A stretch of 64,000 nt of DNA. It comes from an uncultured virus (IMG/VR IMGVR_UViG_3300042303_000391) (lineage: Duplodnaviria > Heunggongvirae > Uroviricota > Caudoviricetes). Below are positions 59,754 to 64,000 of the stretch, in pieces. The notes beneath the pieces are model-generated. The model saw only the letters and a program-made list of their open reading frames with translations, had not been told where the DNA came from and did no database searches. A program made the translations under genes and the position numbers. Every line of letters begins with the position of its first letter. The first letter of the stretch is position 1. The DNA is taken from the IMG/VR virus record IMGVR_UViG_3300042303_000391; one strand, 5' to 3'.

Positions 59754-60020
59754 ATGAAAAAGCAATTAAATTCTACTTACTTAGTAGCAGAGTATCTAAA
59801 GGAAAACAAAAAAAGCTACATTCATGACATGAAAAAAAAATGTAAAGCAAACAACGTAGGAGCGAGGGTAATGGCACTAAGGCGTTCATTTGAATGGAAA
59901 ATAGATACTATTTTAGAGGGGTACAAAGATGGCGTTGCGATATGGTATTATAAGTTAGTAAAGGCAAAAAAAATGCCAGAGCAGTACAATTTAAAGCCAT
60001 TGAATAAAGCTAGTGCATAA
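59754..60020 (+). CDS. Winged-HTH DNA-binding protein
   Basis: VGARV.ALR...WKIDT...YYKL; stop lies in TAAC of site 1. Confidence 0.55.
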   Translation: MKKQLNSTYLVAEYLKENKKSYIHDMKKKCKANNVGARVMALRRSFEWKIDTILEGYKDGVAIWYYKLVKAKKMPEQYNLKPLNKASA

Positions 60021-60148
60021 CGTTCCGAGTATTGCCGCAGTAGCGGAATTAGAATTACAAAACTTAAAATTAAGAACAAATGTCAAATAGAAAAACAAAA
60101 GTTGAACATACCACAGAACCCGCTATTGTCGGCAATACTGTGTTAGCT
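60015..60148 (+). repeat. attC-like site 1
   Basis: GCATAAC-6nt-AGTATTGCCGCAGTAGCGG ... CCGCTATTGTCGGCAATACT-2nt-GTTAGCT. Confidence 0.75.
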
Positions 60149-60391
60149 GCCGTTAAAATCAAGGACTTACCAAAAGATACCAATTTGCAAGGCATAAAGG
60201 TTAAACTACCAAAACATATTTATACTTCTTCAAGTCTGCCGATGTATGGTATAAAAAATAAGCCTGTGTATTTGCAAGGATGGGTAATGGGTGATTTTTT
60301 TGTAAAAACAGACTTGAAAAGCAGTCAAATTTATCCTATGTTTTGGTCGTTTGTTCCGTCAGATTTTCAAGAATGGGAGGTTGTCAGTTAA
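60080..60391 (+). CDS. Cassette-borne hypothetical protein with N-terminus encoded inside site 1
   Basis: ATG lies in the hairpin loop and the ORF reads through GTG TTA into the cassette. Confidence 0.65.
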   Translation: MSNRKTKVEHTTEPAIVGNTVLAAVKIKDLPKDTNLQGIKVKLPKHIYTSSSLPMYGIKNKPVYLQGWVMGDFFVKTDLKSSQIYPMFWSFVPSDFQEWEVVS

Positions 60392-60395
60392 TGGC

Positions 60396-60488
60396 AGCTA
60401 ACGTTATAGGGCTTGGCGAAGGTGGGCTTGTAGGATGCTCAATTTTAGCAGAATGTGTCTGCCCACTTTTGCCAAGCCCGTGTTATAT
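60396..60488 (+). repeat. attC-like site 2
   Basis: AGCTAAC-6nt-GGGCTTGGCGAAGGTGGGC ... GCCCACTTTTGCCAAGCCC-2nt-GTTATAT. Confidence 0.75.
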
Positions 60489-60524
60489 GCCGTTTGAATT
60501 ATTAACCAATTAAATAAATATAAA

Positions 60525-60743
60525 ATGAATATCATTAAAGATAACAGAATTGTATCAGACAAAACATTTGCAACCCGGTTTGTAAGTTTCTTAAAAGACA
60601 TACAAGTTAATGACCCAATGAGCGAAGAAGAACTTGAATATCTGCGTAGGGTTGCACATTCTTTACTTCTTCATCAAGCTAATACTTGCACCGAAAAAGA
60701 AGAATTAAACTACTTAGATAGGTGTCACCCAAATGGCATATAA
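60525..60743 (+). CDS. Cassette-borne hypothetical protein
   Basis: 72 aa; bounded by GTTATATGCCGTTTG/CAAATGGCATATAAC; stop lies in TAAC. Confidence 0.65.
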   Translation: MNIIKDNRIVSDKTFATRFVSFLKDIQVNDPMSEEELEYLRRVAHSLLLHQANTCTEKEELNYLDRCHPNGI

Positions 60744-60785
60744 CTCGCTGCTTTACGAAATTTTTGTAACACAAATTAAACCTAA

Positions 60786-60968
60786 ATGCAGATAAATACT
60801 GAAATATTAAACATAAGGATAAGTAAAGAGCAAAAGCAAACCTTAGATAAATTAAAAGAGTATAATGTTAACGTAGCTCAATTTGTGCGAAATGCAATTA
60901 AGGAGAAGTTGCAACGAGAAAAAGCCGAAATAATAACTAACTATAAAAATTTAGAATGCCCATTTTGA
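60786..60968 (+). CDS. Ribbon-helix-helix DNA-binding protein
   Basis: LNIRIS (beta strand), KEQKQTLDKL (helix), NVAQFVRNAIKEKL (helix). Confidence 0.65.
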   Translation: MQINTEILNIRISKEQKQTLDKLKEYNVNVAQFVRNAIKEKLQREKAEIITNYKNLECPF

Positions 60969-61008
60969 AAAAAAAAATAATACATTTGCACCTAAAAAAA
61001 TAATAATT

Positions 61009-61884
61009 ATGTTTAATAAAGAAAAAGACAGATTAAGTTATAGTTCTCTCACTAGACTTATAAAAGAAGGAGTACAAGGATTTTTAAACCCTGTATACAA
61101 AAGAAATAATGCTTTAGAGAAAGGGTCTATTATAGATAAGATAGTTTTTGATGAGCCTATCACTGAAACTATTATAGATATTCCTATTCCAAAGCCTCAA
61201 ATTAAGGCTATTATTGAAAATATTTTTACAGAGGAGTATAACTACGACCTCTCTGCGGAAAACTTAGAAAAGGTTTGTGGTATATTAGATGTGAAATCTA
61301 AGAATTTTGAGAAAATAAAAGAATCCGTTCTGGAGTTTCCTGAATATATTGAATATGCAAAAAATCCAAAAGGTAAGTTTCTAAAACCTAATTTTGAATT
61401 AGGAACCTCTATTGCCAATAATGTGCTAAAAGATAGAGAAGCCGCCTATTTATTCAGTAATGGTAAGGCTCAGTTTGAGTGGAGTTTTCAATACAGAGGA
61501 TATAACTTTTTTATAAAGACAGATTATTTAAAAGTGGATCATGATAGACAAGAGATTATTATCACTGATTTGAAATCCAGCAGCTACCCTCCGAAATTTC
61601 CTGATAGTGTGCAAAAATATTTGTATCACTTACAGGGGGCTTTGTATACAAAAGGGGTGGAAGACTGGATGGAGAAAAATGATTTGAACCATTATGTACT
61701 AAAAACTTTTCATTGGGTGGTATGCAATTCTACCAAAGTAGATAGTGTGCTAGTATACCCCCTATCTTATAAAGACGAGATGGAAGGTAAACGTATTTTA
61801 GAGGAAACTTTGGATAAGATTGACAAGTACATTGAAAATGATTGGCAAGAAATCCCTGAAGAAGATACCTTAACTTTTTTCTAA
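61009..61884 (+). CDS. PD-(D/E)XK exonuclease (RecE/DUF3799-like)
   Basis: LSYSSL, K.D...I.DLKS, Y.YHLQ.ALY. Confidence 0.8.
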   Translation: MFNKEKDRLSYSSLTRLIKEGVQGFLNPVYKRNNALEKGSIIDKIVFDEPITETIIDIPIPKPQIKAIIENIFTEEYNYDLSAENLEKVCGILDVKSKNFEKIKESVLEFPEYIEYAKNPKGKFLKPNFELGTSIANNVLKDREAAYLFSNGKAQFEWSFQYRGYNFFIKTDYLKVDHDRQEIIITDLKSSSYPPKFPDSVQKYLYHLQGALYTKGVEDWMEKNDLNHYVLKTFHWVVCNSTKVDSVLVYPLSYKDEMEGKRILEETLDKIDKYIENDWQEIPEEDTLTFF

Positions 61885-63915
61885 ATGACAAACCACATAA
61901 TCACAAAAAACAAATCCTTTTTCCAAAAAATAGGGGAGTATAGTTACTGTAATCTTGAAGACATGGTGCTTCCTGAAATAATAGCGGTAGATACAGAGAC
62001 TACTTCCCTCTCTGCCTTTGAGGGGGAAATATTTGCCATTCAAATAGGAACAGGGACAAATAATTATCTAATTGATTTGCAGACACATAAAGAGAATATA
62101 ATTAATTTAGAGGAAGTTATGCCTTTTATATTGGATAAGGTTATGATATTTCATAATAGTGCCTTCGATTTGAGTTTCTTCTTTATCAAGAATTACTTCC
62201 CTAAAAAAGTGGGAGATACGATGTTGGCATCTATGATTCTACACAATGGAGAATTCGGAGTATCACATTCTTTTAAGAATTGTATGCAAAGAGAGCTAGG
62301 GGTTATATACGACAAAACAGAACAAGCTAATATTGCTAGAGTTCAGTTATCGCAGCCATCCACAATTCAATATTGCTTTAATGATGTTGATAGACTATTA
62401 GAGTTACACAATGATTTAGTGATTAAATTAAAAGATTATGAAGCCATAGATTCTTATAAATTGCATTGTAGACATATCAGGGCACTTACATATATGGAGT
62501 TATGCGGACTTCCAATATCAAAGGATAGGTGGAAAGCAAAAATGGATAAAGATTATTCCCAATACAAAAAATGTGAGAGAGAAATAATTGATTATATTTT
62601 TGACACCCTGCCTAAATATAGAGTTTTACAGATGGATATGTTTAGCAACGAAAGGAAAGTAAATTGCCTATTAAGTTCTCCTAAACAAATGATAGAAGTG
62701 TTTAAAGATTTAGGTATAAATGTCACTTATAAAGAAAAAGGAGAGATAAAAGAAAGTTTAGAAAAAGGAGTTATAGCTAAGTCAAATCATGAGTTTGTAA
62801 AAATGTGGCTTAAATATAAAGAAGTGGAGCATAATGTAACTACTTTTGGAGAGGGTATTTATTCTAAAATAAGGGATGGAAGAATATACACCCACTTCAA
62901 ACCGATAGTAGACACTGCTAGACTATCTTCAAGAAAGGGAGAGATAAACTTTTTAAATTTTCCCTCTAACAAAGAAACAAGAGAATGTTTCGTGGCAAAT
63001 GAAGGATTTGACATTATTGTAGCTGACTACGCAGGGCAAGAAACAGTTGTAGGGGCTGATATTACTGGAGACCAAGCCATGATTTCTTCTATAGTGGAAG
63101 GAAAGGACTTACACTGTGCCTTTGCTAGAGTTCTCTATCCTGAATTATTAGATCTTTCTGATGAAGAAATTATTAAAAATCATAAAGCAAAGCGAAATGC
63201 TTCTAAAGCACCTAGATTTTGTTTCCAATTTGGGGGTACTGGATTTACTTTAGCAGAGAATGAAGGATTATCTATAGAGGAAGGAGATCGTATTGAAAAA
63301 TTATTCAAAGAATTACATAATGGAGTGTACTCTTATGGGGAAAATAAGCTAAAGGAAGCTTTAGAGTTTGGTTATATTCAATATGCAATGGGATTTAAAT
63401 TAAAGCTACCAATGTTTGATATTTTCAAAGACCTTGATGAGAAGATTTCAAATATGGATAGAGATTTTTGGAATAAATATAGAGTGGGTAAGCAAGAAAA
63501 TCTGAAATTTGAGAAAGCTAAAGATAAAGGGAGTTCGTATGTAATATCAGATATGGGGGCATACAATTGCTTTAATGCAAATAAACTAATGATGAAGGAT
63601 TATTTCAGTTTAAAATCTCAGTATATGAGATTATGTTTAAATGCTCCCACACAAGGCACTGCTGCCCATCAAACTAAAATGGCTTCAGTGTTGTTATTTA
63701 ATCAAATTGAAAAAAACAATGACTATTGGAAAGCAAGGATAGCAAATGTAATACATGATGAGATAGTTTTGGAAACTGAGACTCACCTATCAGAAAAATA
63801 TGCTAGAATACTGGAAAAAAGTATGATAGAGGGTGGTAATATATTTCTCACCAACCCTACACTATTTATGAGTGCTGAAAGTAATATTGGAAAATCATGG
63901 TATGAAGCCAAATAA
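61885..63915 (+). CDS. polA: DNA polymerase family A with 3'-5' exonuclease
   Basis: AVDTET, HN..FD, TARLSS, ADYAGQE, DLH, R...K...F, QGTAA, VIHDEI. Confidence 0.95.
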   Translation: MTNHIITKNKSFFQKIGEYSYCNLEDMVLPEIIAVDTETTSLSAFEGEIFAIQIGTGTNNYLIDLQTHKENIINLEEVMPFILDKVMIFHNSAFDLSFFFIKNYFPKKVGDTMLASMILHNGEFGVSHSFKNCMQRELGVIYDKTEQANIARVQLSQPSTIQYCFNDVDRLLELHNDLVIKLKDYEAIDSYKLHCRHIRALTYMELCGLPISKDRWKAKMDKDYSQYKKCEREIIDYIFDTLPKYRVLQMDMFSNERKVNCLLSSPKQMIEVFKDLGINVTYKEKGEIKESLEKGVIAKSNHEFVKMWLKYKEVEHNVTTFGEGIYSKIRDGRIYTHFKPIVDTARLSSRKGEINFLNFPSNKETRECFVANEGFDIIVADYAGQETVVGADITGDQAMISSIVEGKDLHCAFARVLYPELLDLSDEEIIKNHKAKRNASKAPRFCFQFGGTGFTLAENEGLSIEEGDRIEKLFKELHNGVYSYGENKLKEALEFGYIQYAMGFKLKLPMFDIFKDLDEKISNMDRDFWNKYRVGKQENLKFEKAKDKGSSYVISDMGAYNCFNANKLMMKDYFSLKSQYMRLCLNAPTQGTAAHQTKMASVLLFNQIEKNNDYWKARIANVIHDEIVLETETHLSEKYARILEKSMIEGGNIFLTNPTLFMSAESNIGKSWYEAK

Positions 63916-63930
63916 ATTAAATTTAAAGTT

Positions 63931-64000
63931 ATGAGAAGAAAGACAGTAAAAAAATCCAACACCACAACTCCTAGGAAAAAGAAAAAGGTAGTTAATCCTA
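63931..64000 (+). CDS. Partial ORF at window edge
   Basis: ATG 63931 MRRKTVKKSNTTTPRKKKKVVNP..., open to the edge. Confidence 0.5.
   Translation, partial: MRRKTVKKSNTTTPRKKKKVVNP

Noticed and set aside
60015..60488. Interpreting the long hairpins as plain terminators or MITE/IS ends
   Set aside because: No U tracts, loops of 33-73 nt containing start codons, no target-site duplication or transposase, and cassette-specific offset IRs are not explained by either.
1..64000. Stop-codon reassignment (TAG or TGA), as in some crassviruses
   Set aside because: Long hallmark genes are intact in the standard code, coding density is high, and no suppressor tRNA was seen.

Overview
An AT-rich 64 kb segment of a crAss-like (Crassvirales-type) podovirus genome. 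The host is probably an environmental Bacteroidota (Flavobacteriia-like) bacterium, judged from TAnnTTTG promoter motifs and A-rich, SD-less start regions. Positions 1-48400 form one minus-strand late block: RepL-like protein, small genes, GroES-like, ClpP-like and SET-domain genes, terminase, portal, scaffold-like protein, major capsid protein, a degenerate tRNA-Met, Cys-rich structural and fibre genes, PhoH, lysis genes, tail ring/muzzle proteins, and virion cargo proteins punctuated by xxxGG motifs. A ~1.2 kb non-coding strand-switch region (48400-49575) carries repeats and a C-rich to G-rich flip. The plus strand (49576-64000) carries many small early genes, a DenV-like glycosylase, an SLT, an SF2 helicase, a PD-(D/E)XK nuclease and a family A DNA polymerase. 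The most striking unexplained structure is an integron-like cassette array at ~59270-60750. Its small ORFs are each bounded by their own ~15 bp GTTA...TAAC inverted repeat and separated by attC-like hairpins of fixed, non-canonical geometry. Each hairpin supplies an ATG in the same register relative to the GTT core, and no integrase is present in the window. All product calls come from motif recognition and gene order by eye; no database search was run.
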